Of a DNA stretch of 28,139 nucleotides, positions 1 through 10,538 are shown piece after piece. The stretch is taken from the NCBI GenBank assembly GCA_030141605.1, contig JAQGDQ010001715.1, forward strand, positions 1 through 28,139, written 5' to 3'. Below the pieces are notes generated by a model, which worked only from the letters and a program-made list of their open reading frames with translations, did no database searches and was not told the DNA's origin. A program made the translations under genes and the position numbers. How positions within the stretch are numbered: position 1 is the first letter of the stretch; each line of letters starts with the position of its first letter. The DNA is from Tubiluchus corallicola. Its lineage: Eukaryota; Animalia; Priapulida.

Positions 1-406
1 GCACCTTTTTGACACTAACCATTTTCAGATTGCTGTATTTATGTATAAATTTCATAATAAACTATTGCTACCCAATTTCAAAAATATTTTGCCCTTATCT
101 TTGAAATACATTCATATAATAATCGGACTAAGTTTAATATTCATTTCATTAATTGAAACAACAACTTAAAAAAATTCAATAAAATATCCTGGGCTACTAA
201 TATGGAATAACATAGCAGCTGAAATAAGAAATGCACCAATGTAGCGGTCCATGTTTTAAAGTGAACTTAGAATTCACCACAGTATCTCCAACACATTTCA
301 GTCATTTTACGCATAACAAGCCTAGCGTGGGATTAAAGTTGGTTGATCTGTTACTATGCACAGGCCTATTTCAGAATGCCTATCGCAATTCATCATTAAC
401 TGCTGT
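1..406. repeat. Third partial copy, reverse complement of 1713-2111; probable fold-back artefact
   Basis: Shares most diagnostic variants with the left arm (atcctggg, catagcagc, tatcgcaa, A7 run) rather than with 9052-9452, and carries clustered extra changes around 245-330. Confidence 0.85.
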
Positions 407-619
407 GTTTTTTTTTTTTGGTTTTTTTTTTTGTTGTGGTTTTAACATTAATAAATGCCTTCGTTGTTGTTTGTTTTGTTGGGTTTTTGTTGTGTTGTGG
501 TTGTTGGTTTGGGTTTGGGTGTGGTGTTGTGTGGGTTTGTGTTTTGGGGTTGTGTGGGGGTTTGTTTGTTTTTTTTGTTTTTTTTTTGTGGTGTTGTGTG
601 TTTTTGTGTTTGTTTGTTG
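407..619. other. Aperiodic T/G low-complexity tract, probable base-calling noise
   Basis: Almost only T and G with no stable period, located at the turn of the 1-406/1713-2111 hairpin. Confidence 0.7.
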
Positions 620-785
620 TTTAGAAATACGAGCAGGCAAGTATATTGTTTATACGTTTTGGTTGGAAATGTAAAGGGTACCCGAGTAGATCAGAAACGA
701 AACTACTGCAAAAGTTAATAATATCATAAGCGACGCAATTATTAAAGTAACAACTATAGCAATTGAAGATATTGGTAGTACTAAC

Positions 786-838
786 GTGAAAAATGGTGGA
801 AAACTATATTGCCATGGCCAACTAAACGAGGCCGCCAT
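786..838 (-). pseudogene. VPS25: Orphan duplicate of VPS25 exon 1
   Basis: Identical to 10320-10372 including the GTTAGT donor. No minus-strand exon 2 is present in the window. Confidence 0.85.
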
Positions 839-2791
839 AATGGTGGTTAAATGCCATGTTTTAGAACATCTGATACAAATTTACGCACCGGCGAATTTCG
901 CAAAAAAAGGACCCAATACTATTTTTATCCATGTTACCTTTGTATCACCATCAACTTGTGTGGCCGTTAGCCAATAATTATTGGTGCATAAAAATATCTG
1001 AAAGTTGCTCTCTAAAAGCTAGACTCAAATAAAATGGTCTTAAGATTCCACTAAAAACTAGTAATGTGAGGCTTCTACACTAAATGTTGTGGGCATAGAA
1101 GTTCTTTACTAATTTCTGCAGTTCTTTGATGCAATACAATGTTCTCTACTATTGCTCGTTATTTTTGTTCCCTTAACAACAAGCTGTGTAACTTACATTA
1201 CACTTGTTACTCTTTTACTAATTACGATAAGCAGATATTTAATGTGCCTCTAAATGCAGCAAATTCTAAGCACTTATACGATTTATTCAAAATGTCATTA
1301 AGCAAAAAAATTTTGCTCAGTATCAGATAGATACCTACATATTTCAATTTCAATTTATTTGAATTAATATAACAACAGTTTTACAATAGATTTCAGATGA
1401 TGGTACATAAAATAGATAAACCAAATAATGTGTATGTTTGTCAACTTATTAACATAAACATAACTTTAGATTATGTATGTTTTAGGGAGACTAAGGAAGC
1501 CGCGGCTTACAGGGACCACCCAGAGGGCAATATGGAAATGTTTAAGAAGGTAATTATGGCAGTTTATGACCAAAATTTTGCAAATATTTAAAGCTCATGG
1601 TTAGTATATTAGTAAAATAAATGGAAAGATTATTGTAATGGTTATTTTTCCTGTTCGGATGAGTATAGCACACTTATGAAATTTTTTAATTACAATAGTA
1701 TTTATTATGTTAACAGCAGTTGATGATGAATTGCGATAGGCATTCTGAAATAGGCCTGTGCATAGTAACAGATCAACCAACTTTAATCCCATATGAGGCT
1801 TGTCATGCTTAAAATGACCGAAGGGTATTGGAGATACGTTTTGAATTCTTAGTTCACTTTAAAACCGCTACATTGGTGCATTTCTTATTTCAGCTGCTAT
1901 GTTATTCCATATTAGTAGCCCAGGATATTTTATTGAATTTTTTTAAGTTGTTGTTTCAATTAATGAAATGAATGTTAAACTTAGTCCGAGTATTATATCA
2001 ATGTATTTCAAAGAAAAGGGCAAAATATTTTTGAAATTGGGTAGCAATAGTTTATTATGAAATTTATACATAAATACAGCAATCTGAAAATGGTTAGTGT
2101 CAAAAAGGTGCAGTTGGTTTAATGTGGTTACATGTTGCTTATGTGTAAAAATTATGTTTTCTCTATGTTCAGTGATAATCTGTTTATCACTCTACACTAC
2201 ACAGTTCTTTAAAGTAAGCAGCTATACTTCTTTTGCTACTTTTTTGTTCTAAACATTTACTGTAAACGGTGAGCCTTTATTTGTTATTAAGGTAGAGCTA
2301 TCGAATCAACTGTAGCAGTAGTTTGAAATTCAGCATGAGAGTGCGGCAGAACCGCAAGAATCGTACGTAATGCATCCCAAAAAAAGATTATTCAACTGCA
2401 TCTAAGATTTCTCATTTCTCGTATCGTCAATCTTTGTAATTTTATAAAAGAAATTCTCGTTGAAGAAGTTTAGCAAAAGCCCAGAAGGTCTATTGTCAAG
2501 ATTGACACAAATCAGTTTATTTTACTCCAGCAACAGTTATATGTACACCAACATACAATAAGAATAAATAGAATAAACTGTATTAGAAAAAAACTAATTG
2601 AGGAAGCCATAACAATAATTTGTTAGCTGCATTGTAATTATGAGTTAGACTTTTAGTCTTTTTAGCAAATTAAAATGTTGTACCCTAGCCAAGTCATGCA
2701 TAGTCAGCAGTAAGTCTTTAATTGGATAGTAGAATTTTTTGTTTCAGATTTATATACGTAATGTATTTCGTTGTGGTGCAGTGACAAGAGA

Positions 2792-2906
2792 ATGATAACA
2801 CTATCGAAGAAACTTCGTGAGAAGAATTCTACGTCAAAGCAAGGTGCTTGTTTGATTGGTGCAGAAACTAGGCGAGCATCAGTGAGAGACAAATTACTTA
2901 TTAAAG
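2792..2906 (+). pseudogene. UBE2F: Orphan duplicate of UBE2F coding exon 1
   Basis: Same 38-aa translation as 8373-8259 with two synonymous Lys-codon differences and an intact AAG|GTATGA donor. No plus-strand UBE2F exon 2 follows. Confidence 0.85.
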
Positions 2907-3013
2907 GTATGAATAACTAAACTTTATTAATTCAGACTAGATTGTCTATCTAGCCATTCTTTTTAGTATTGCTTTTAATAAATAGCTAAAGTTATTTATG
3001 AAAATAATAATGA

Positions 3014-3110
3014 CTGGACGACCCTGTACATGAGTTTAGTTCTGACATTTTTTCTGGACAACCCTGTACATGAGTTTAGTTCTGACATTTTTTCTGGACA
3101 ACCCTGTACA
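3014..3110. repeat. 40-bp tandem repeat (~2.4 copies) at the duplication breakpoint
   Basis: Unit ctggacaaccctgtacatgagtttagttctgacattttt(t). Confidence 0.9.
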
Positions 3111-3233
3111 TACTCTCCAAACTAGCGTAAGTATTGTAAAATCATGTCTTGCAACATTTTGCACAAAACTGTCATGAAATAATTAATTCATACTTTGAAA
3201 CACACACAAAAATCAATAATTGTGTAAACTTAC

Positions 3234-6200
3234 CAAAAATAAGGAGTTTAGTCCCCAAACAACGTCTTTTAGTTTTCGAGTCGGAGCCCAACCTGTCGAG
3301 AGGAGGAAGGAATAACTGAGAATTAATAATTTAATAGCAGTACATAAGTAATTGACAATGTAATTGTTACTTCATTATACAGCTGAACATTATACATTAT
3401 ACACACTTCGATTCGAAGGACGAACATCATACAGTTGAAACCCAGGAACATGATTTTTACAGGATCCAGATATTTTTTCCCATTAAGCATGTTTCTTATT
3501 ATCCATTATGTACATTTCTATCGACTCCTAATGTTATTTCTATGGTAAAATAGCAATAATATGATGCCTGTAGCCTGTAAAATGGTTATCTTTTGATCGG
3601 TGAACGTAATTTAAGTTTGTTTAACCCCCCGTTTCCCACAAGTACAAATTACAAAAAACACGCTGCCAGTCAGTCTAGTACAGTTGACCCAATCCTGCAA
3701 GCAAGAGGGTTAATGGTGCCAAAGAGACTGCAATATGCAAGTTTTCGTTGCTTTAGTATTACACAAATAATTGCATACCTGTAAACAGTGGGCAGTAACA
3801 AACACAGGTGATTTAAACTACATAATGGCACATTGCTATCAGAGTGGGAAGCCAAAGTCTTTTCAGAAATTAATAATTTGACTAGTGGCATTTAAATCTA
3901 TACAGTTCACTGATTAAATCAACAATTGGCCTAGCAATGATACTCTACATACATGCATTGTGTTATGAGGCCATATGTTGTCTACGGCCATATCACGTTG
4001 AAAACACCGGTTCTCGTCTGATCACCGAAGTTAAGCAACGTAGAGCCTGGTTAGTACTTGGATGGATGGCCGCCTAGGAATACCAGGTGCTGTAGGATTG
4101 CGGGATGCTCACACTGTATCTCGACATTAGGCGGAGGAGCTGCACAAGCAGCCAACGACTAGAGGGCGGAGGAGGTCAAGTGACCCAATGGCCATGTGTA
4201 GAGGAGTAAACCTTCCAAATCAGGAGTGGAGCCCGAAGGCGGACCAGTGCAGCATGCTCACTGACTCCGGCAGCCAACCTGGTGCCAAACGTATCGCTCC
4301 GCTTTCCTTTGGACTACACCAGGGAGGAAGAAAGGGGTTTCTGTTGTCTGGGCAACTCAGGATGTCCATACACCTTGCCCAGGCGTGCGCCCTGGAGAGG
4401 CCACTCCAGTGGTTCAAGGATCGCACTGCTCAGCCACAGCTGCAGCTCCATCAATGTGATCAATAACTGACCCATTGTCTTCTGAGACAGAAGGATGCCA
4501 ACAACAATGTCCTGAGGTATAATGAGTTGTAAAAACAATCGACTAGGCTATGATCATGGTTAGCAACAGGTGCAGAGCGTTTAGACAAGGCGGGCCACAG
4601 CAGAAATCATAATACAAGTGATTTTTCATATTGAACTTATGTTGGCAGGACATTAAAAACTGATTGTATAAAATGGTCTTCTGTAGTAACAAGTTTCGTA
4701 TCAATCATAAGTGATTACATAGATTTCATTATAATGTTGATAGGGACATAATAAAATCATCGTACAACTGAGAGTTTCCCTTATAAGCCAAATTGTATTA
4801 CAATGTTCCTTCACTTATTGCAGTGTTCTGTTCCAGGCCCACCCGCGATGAGTGAATGTCCGCGAAATGGGGACGCATACTTATTTTAGTAATTATACAT
4901 TATTTTAAGTCTTTATAAACCCTCCCCACACTTTTATACATAACCCTTTCCCATTCCCTTAATAACTTTTCCCATACTGTACATGTACCTTTTTTTACAT
5001 TTTGTGATTTTTCATGCAAAGTTTATCATATCTATACATTACTGTACAATACGTACTACGCATGTGCAGAAATACTTTAGACGGAGTACCGCAAAAACCC
5101 GCCAAACAATGAAAATATTTCGATAAATATTTTACATTAATATTTTTGAAAACCCGCGAAACAGCGAGTCCGCGATAAACGAACCGCGAAGAAGCGAGGA
5201 AACACTGTACTGGAATTTGACTGTACAAAATTAAGATAAATCAATTGTTCTAAAAAAATCATTTACAAATCACTGTTTAGTTTTTCATGTAAACACTACA
5301 CATGTAAAACTATACTACAAAAAATACATAAAAACATTTGCAATAAGTCCAAAAAAAAATTATACCCATTTCATCTATAGCATTTTGGCGTAGTAGACTT
5401 AAGCACACAGCGCCATCTTCAGTGATGTTTGGATGCCAGATTTTTGTCAAACATGTTACCTTCGGAGGCTGCAATTAAGAAAAATACCTTAACGATGTCA
5501 CGGTAGTCGACATAGCGCTAATATACAGTCAAACCTTTTTGTACCGCACACCTTGTACCGCCCACTTTGTACCGCCCACTTTGTACTGCCCACTTTGTAC
5601 TGCCCACTTTGTAATACCCACTTTGTATCTCCCACTTTGTACCGCCCACTTTGTAATACCCACTTTGTACCACCCACTTTGTACCGCCCACTTTGTACCA
5701 CCCACTTTGTACCACCCACTTTGTACAGCCAACTTTGTACCACCCACTTTGTACCGCCCACTTTGTATCGCCCACTTTGTACCACCCACTTTGTACCGCC
5801 CACTTTGTAACGCCCACTTTGTACCGCCCACTTTGGGAGCAGAAAAAAGTTGGCGTTACAATGAGGTGTTAAATTTTTCCACGCACAAATCACAACAGTC
5901 AGACAAGTGTACACAAGTTAGAGGTTTCAATTTTCACTCTAAAACGAAATGAATTAAAAGAAAATTATATAGTTAATCATTCGTGAATTAATGACTCACT
6001 CAAAATCAATTGTCTTTGTCAAGAACATTTTGTTTACATAAACATATGTGTCTTGTACTGAACTGTATAATCTGTAGACCTACTGCTCCACTAATCATGT
6101 ATATGTGAAAAAGGTCAATTTGTAAATCAGACTTAAAAAAATGAGCAGTTACTTATTGAACTAAAATGCAAAGCCGATAATGTTTTTTTTGTAACAGTAA

Positions 6201-8373
6201 TGTACATGTAAATAATTTCTATTTTCTATTATTACACCAAGTGTGAAGGCTGAGACAGTTAACTGTTTAACCGATCATTAACTGATGTAACTGTTTAGAA
6301 AATCACCAACCGTTTAACAGTTACTTAGTCAAGTTTTCTACGTATCCGTATTACTGAAACCTTCCATGTTTTCTGAGTTGGCGTACACAGTTAGCAATGT
6401 ACCACTTACATAAAATTTTGCTATTTACAACATTGTTTCAAATAATCTGGTTGCCTACGAAGCATCTAAATAATAAATTAGAAAAAGTTTTGCACTCGCG
6501 TATGTTACGATGATGCCACCATGTTGGGCATTCTCTATGGCGCATGCTAGATTGGAACTACACCGCTTACTCTTATAATTACGCTACATTTGAATGAATA
6601 AGCTATTGCATCAGTGATAATTGTGTCACAGATGTTTCTTTACAAATTGACTTTTGTTGTTCAAAAACTTCTTCAAACAGTCAAAAGGGTTTGTAATTTA
6701 TTCACATACTGAAGAAATACTAAGTTGAGTAAATTTATATGATGATACAATGGGGTAAAATCTGAGCAGAAAACACGCCACTTCCTCCTACATACAGTTT
6801 GTTGTGGAGATCGCTGGCGTCAATTAGAATTGCAACAATGACCGCCCTACCGTCTGGATTGTTCTGGAAGTTTCTACAGCGCGCTATATAAGGAAAAGCA
6901 GGCCACCGACACGACAGCAGACGGGACGGACGCAGATCTAACACGGACATATACTTGTACACTTACAATTTCAGATACACTTAAACGTTTTCCAGATTTT
7001 CACGTTTATAGTAATCGTTTCTCATTCCTTCATACTTTTGTGTTGTAGAATTCTCGCTAAATAAACTAGTTTAATTTGACGACGTGTTTTCTGGTTTTCT
7101 CTACGAGCCTTCCGAGAGAAACAAAACACAACAAATGGTTAGTTAAATAACGTTTCATTGGTTAGTTAAAAATCCTAACCATCTCAGCCATAGTGTAAAA
7201 ATGATTACGCACCACAATATTATAGTCTTCAGGTACATCTATATGGAAACGAAATCGGCCGTCTGACCAGTATCCCTCATCAGGACAAATTGTTATGTCA
7301 AACTCATAAAGTTTGTTTGGATCTTCGAAGTTTGTCGTACAGGTGGGAGGCAAGTTCACCTGTAACTCATCAACCTCTGTAATGATGGTAAAAAAGTAAC
7401 AATATTATTATTATTGACATCATTTTAATTCGAATATACTTTACATATATTTATAATTCATAAGTAATTCATAAAAAACGTATTATCAGTCAAAATTATT
7501 TACACGATTAGTAATAAAAACGACATAATGATAGTTAAAAAAATTAATACGCCTCGTAAATATATAAGCAGTAATTTTTTTTCAAATTAACATGTTACAA
7601 TGTAAATTAGAATTGATTGTAGCTGTGCTGTGTTTAAAAAATTAAAATCGTTACATTCTAAGCATTCGATGCAGTTTTTAGCCATATTAACAATTACCTG
7701 TTGGTTTCCTATCAAAGCTTTTTTCCTCACTGATCTCGTTGCAAAAATATTTTATCCATTTTCTAACTGATGACTACTACAGTTTAATGTGCAACATATA
7801 CGCGTATGTCATAAATTAAAACCCACTGCTGATTTAACAATAAACAGAGCTTGGTTTACCACAAACTTAACAATAGCATTACTACTTTGTTTACAATTAA
7901 AATAGTATTAAATAAAATGCTTGACAAACTGTTGACTTGGATGTACAATATTGACAATATAAGGTAATATATAAGGGTGCACTCGATATGGAAGACACCA
8001 TAAGTTACGCACGGCAATATTGCAGGAAATATTGACAAATTTTAATTTACAATTATCTAGATGCCATGCTTGGCTTACCAGCGTTACCATATCATAAAAA
8101 CCGATAAAAAACCTAAACCAGTCTCTAAATCGAGCAGAAAGCTTCCAGTCATTATTATTTTCATAAATAACTTTAGCTATTTATTAAAAGCAATATTATT
8201 AAAAAGAATGGCTAGATAGACAATCTAGTCTGAATTAATAAAGTTTAGTTATTCATACCTTTAATAAGTAATTTGTCTCTCACTGATGCTCGCCTAGTTT
8301 CTGCACCAATCAAACAAGCACCTTGTTTTGACGTAGAATTCTTCTCACGAAGCTTCTTCGATAGTGTTATCAT
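3234..8373 (-). CDS. UBE2F: NEDD8-conjugating enzyme UBE2F, coding exons 1-4 (147 aa; C-terminal exon(s) not in window)
   Basis: Exons 8373-8259 ([11 protein letters not shown]...[12 protein letters not shown]), 7376-7213 ([13 protein letters not shown]...[13 protein letters not shown]...YNIV), 5468-5366 ([34 protein letters not shown], with HPN motif and catalytic Cys) and 3292-3234 ([20 protein letters not shown]). All introns are GT-AG with matching phases (1,0,1). Closely follows the recalled human UBE2F sequence. Confidence 0.95.
3980..4098 (+). rRNA. 5S rRNA-derived sequence (pseudogene or SINE head)
   Basis: GTCTACGGCCATATCACGTTGAAAACACCGGTTCTCGTCTGATCACCGAAGTTAAGCAACG...GGTTAGTACTTGGATGG...GGAATACCAGGTGCTGTAGG is a full-length 5S with box A and box C. 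It has a few CpG-type changes and no oligo-T terminator. Confidence 0.92.
3980..4507 (+). mobile_element. Candidate 5S-headed SINE (SINE3-type)
   Basis: The 5S head runs directly into a ~400-bp GC-rich body that ends in a short (CAA)n tail, within AT-rich intron sequence. No convincing TSD. Confidence 0.6.
4801..5207. mobile_element. Tc1/mariner-pogo (Tigger-like) non-autonomous element
   Basis: Imperfect TIRs CAATGTTCCTTCACTT and (rc) CAGTGTTTCCTCGCTT, TA on both sides (4799-4800, 5208-5209), and subterminal CCGCGA repeats. Confidence 0.75.
5539..5834. repeat. 15-bp minisatellite (~20 copies), probably inside a MITE end
   Basis: Unit tgtaccgcccacttt, preceded by TA-CAGTCAAACCT (5524-5536), which resembles a pogo-type terminus. 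Confidence 0.9.
6800..7133 (+). mobile_element. Isolated LTR (solo or truncated LTR retrotransposon)
   Basis: TGTTGTG...CACAACA inverted termini, TATATAAG at ~6885, AATAAA at ~7060 and CpG-rich content. Followed by AA-TGG, resembling the start of a PBS. Confidence 0.65.
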
Positions 8374-10538
8374 TCTCTTGTCACTGCACCACAACGAAAT
8401 GCATTACGTATATAAATCTGAAACAAAAAATTCCACTATCCAACTAAGAACTTACAACTGACTATGCACGACTTTGCTAGGGACAACATTTTAATTTGCT
8501 AAAAAGATTAAGTCTAACTCGGAATTACAATGCAGCTAACAAATTATTGCTATGGCTTCCCCAATTAGTTTTTTTCTAATACAGTTTATTCTATTTATTC
8601 TTATTGTATGTTGGTGTACATATAACTGTTGCTGGAGTAAAATAAACTGATTTGTGTCAATCTTGACAATAGACCTTCTGTGCTTTTGCTAAACTTCTTC
8701 AACGAGAATTTCTTTTATAAAATTACAAAGATTGACGATATAAGAAATGAGAAATCTTAGATGCAGTTGAATAATCTTTTTTTGGGATGCATTACATATG
8801 ATTCTTGCGGTTCTGCCGCACTCTCATGCTGAATTCCAAACTACTGCTACAGTTGATTCGATAGCTCTGCCTTAACAACAAATAAAGGCTCACCGTTTAC
8901 AGTAAATGTTTAGAACAAAAGAAGTAGCAAAAGAAGTATAGCTGCTTACTTTAAAGAACTGTGTAGTGTAGAGTGATAAACAGATTATCACTGAACATAG
9001 AGAAAACATAATTTTTACACATAAGCAACATGTAACCACATTAAACCAACTGCACCTTTTTGACACTAACCATTTTCAGATTGCTGTATTTATGTATAAA
9101 TTTCATAATAAACTATTGCTACCCAATTTCAAAAATATTTTGCCCTTTTCTTTGAAATACATTGATATAATACTCGGACTAAGTTTAACATTCATTTCAT
9201 TAATTGAAACAACAACTTAAAAAAAAATTCAATAAAATATCATGGGCTACTAATATGGAATAACATAGTAGCTGAAATAAGAAATGCACCAATGTAGCGG
9301 TTTTAAAGTGAACTAAGAATTCAAAACGTATCTCCAATACCCTTCGGTCATTTTAAGCATGACAAGCCTCATATGGGATTAAAGTTGGTTGATCTGTTAC
9401 TATGCACAGGCCTATTTCAGAATGCCTATCACAATTCATCATTAACTGCTGTTAACATAATAAATACCATCGTAATTAAAAATTTTCATAAGTGCGCTAT
9501 ACTCCTCAGAACAGGAAAAATAATCATTACAATAATCTTTCCATTTATTTTGCTAATATACTAACCATGAGCTTTAAATATTTGCAAAATTTTGGCCATA
9601 AACTGTCATAATTACCATCTTAAACATTTCCATATTGCCCTGTGGGTGGTCCCTGTAAACCACAGCTTCCTTAGTCTCCCTAAAACATACATAGTCTATT
9701 GCTATGTTTATGTTAATAAGTTGACAAATATGCACATTATTTGGTTTATCTATTTTATGTACCATCATCTGAAATGTATTGTAAAACTGTTGTTATGTTA
9801 ATTCAAATAAATTGAAATTCGAATATATAGGTATCTATCTAATACTGAGCAAAGTTTTTTTGCTTAATGACATTTTGAATAAATCGTATAAGTGCTTAGA
9901 ATTTGCTGCATTTAGAGGCACATTAAATATCTGCTTATCGTAATTAGTAAAAGAGTAACAAGTGTAATGTAAGTTACACAGCTTGTTGTTAAGGGTACAA
10001 AAATAACGAGTAATAGTAGAGAACATTTTATTGCATCAAAGAACTGCTGAATTAGTAAAGAACTTCTATGCCCACCACATTCAGTGTAGAAGCCTCACAT
10101 TACTAGTTTTTTGTGCAATCTTAAAACCATTTTATTTGAGTCTACCTTTTAGAGAGCAACTTTCAGATATTTTTATGCACCAATAATTATTGGCCAACGG
10201 ACACACAAGTTGATGGTGATACACCGGTAACATAGATAAAAAAGTATTCCTTTTTTGCGAAATTCGCCGGTGCGTAAATTTGTATCAGATGTTCTAAAAC
10301 ATGGCATTTAACCACCATTATGGCGGCCTCGTTTAGTTGGCCATGGCAATATAGTTTTCCACCATTTTTCACGTTAGTACTACCAGTATCTTCAATTGCT
10401 ATAGTTGTTACTTTAATAATTGCGTCGCTTATGATCTTATTAACTTTTGCAGTAGTTTCGTTTCTGTTCTACTCGGGTACCCTTTACATTTCCAACCAAA
10501 ACGTATAAACAATATACTTGCCTGCTCGTATTTCTAAA
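8144..10538. repeat. Right (native) arm of the inverted duplication
   Basis: Same match as above. This copy is contiguous with the downstream exons of both UBE2F and VPS25. Confidence 0.95.
8374..10319. promoter_or_regulatory. Divergent UBE2F/VPS25 promoter and 5'UTR region
   Basis: 1.95 kb between two oppositely oriented start codons. Transcription start sites cannot be located from sequence alone. Confidence 0.65.

Larger units (their letters stand above)
620..3018. repeat. Left arm of ~2.4 kb inverted duplication (reverse complement of 8144-10538)
   Basis: End-to-end reverse-complement match (620<->10538, 3018<->8144), roughly 95-97% identical by eye. Mirrored ORF pairs in the track agree (650-838/10320-10508, 1139-1330/9835-10026, 2704-2892/8273-8461). 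Confidence 0.95.

Noticed and set aside
231-718. Hydrophobic or Lys/Thr-rich ORFs over the T/G tract
   Set aside because: They arise from low-complexity sequence that is probably artefactual.
1486-1549. Exon-like segment (ag|GGAGACTAAGG...AAGAAG|gtaatt), mirrored near 9616-9679
   Set aside because: The two arms differ by several non-synonymous changes and no protein is recognisable. At most it is a 5'UTR exon.
4188-4538. Overlapping 62-92 aa ORFs
   Set aside because: They reflect the GC-rich SINE-like body and show no recognisable domain or splice context.
5498-5952. Pentapeptide-repeat ORFs in five frames
   Set aside because: Translation of a stop-free 15-bp minisatellite inside a UBE2F intron.
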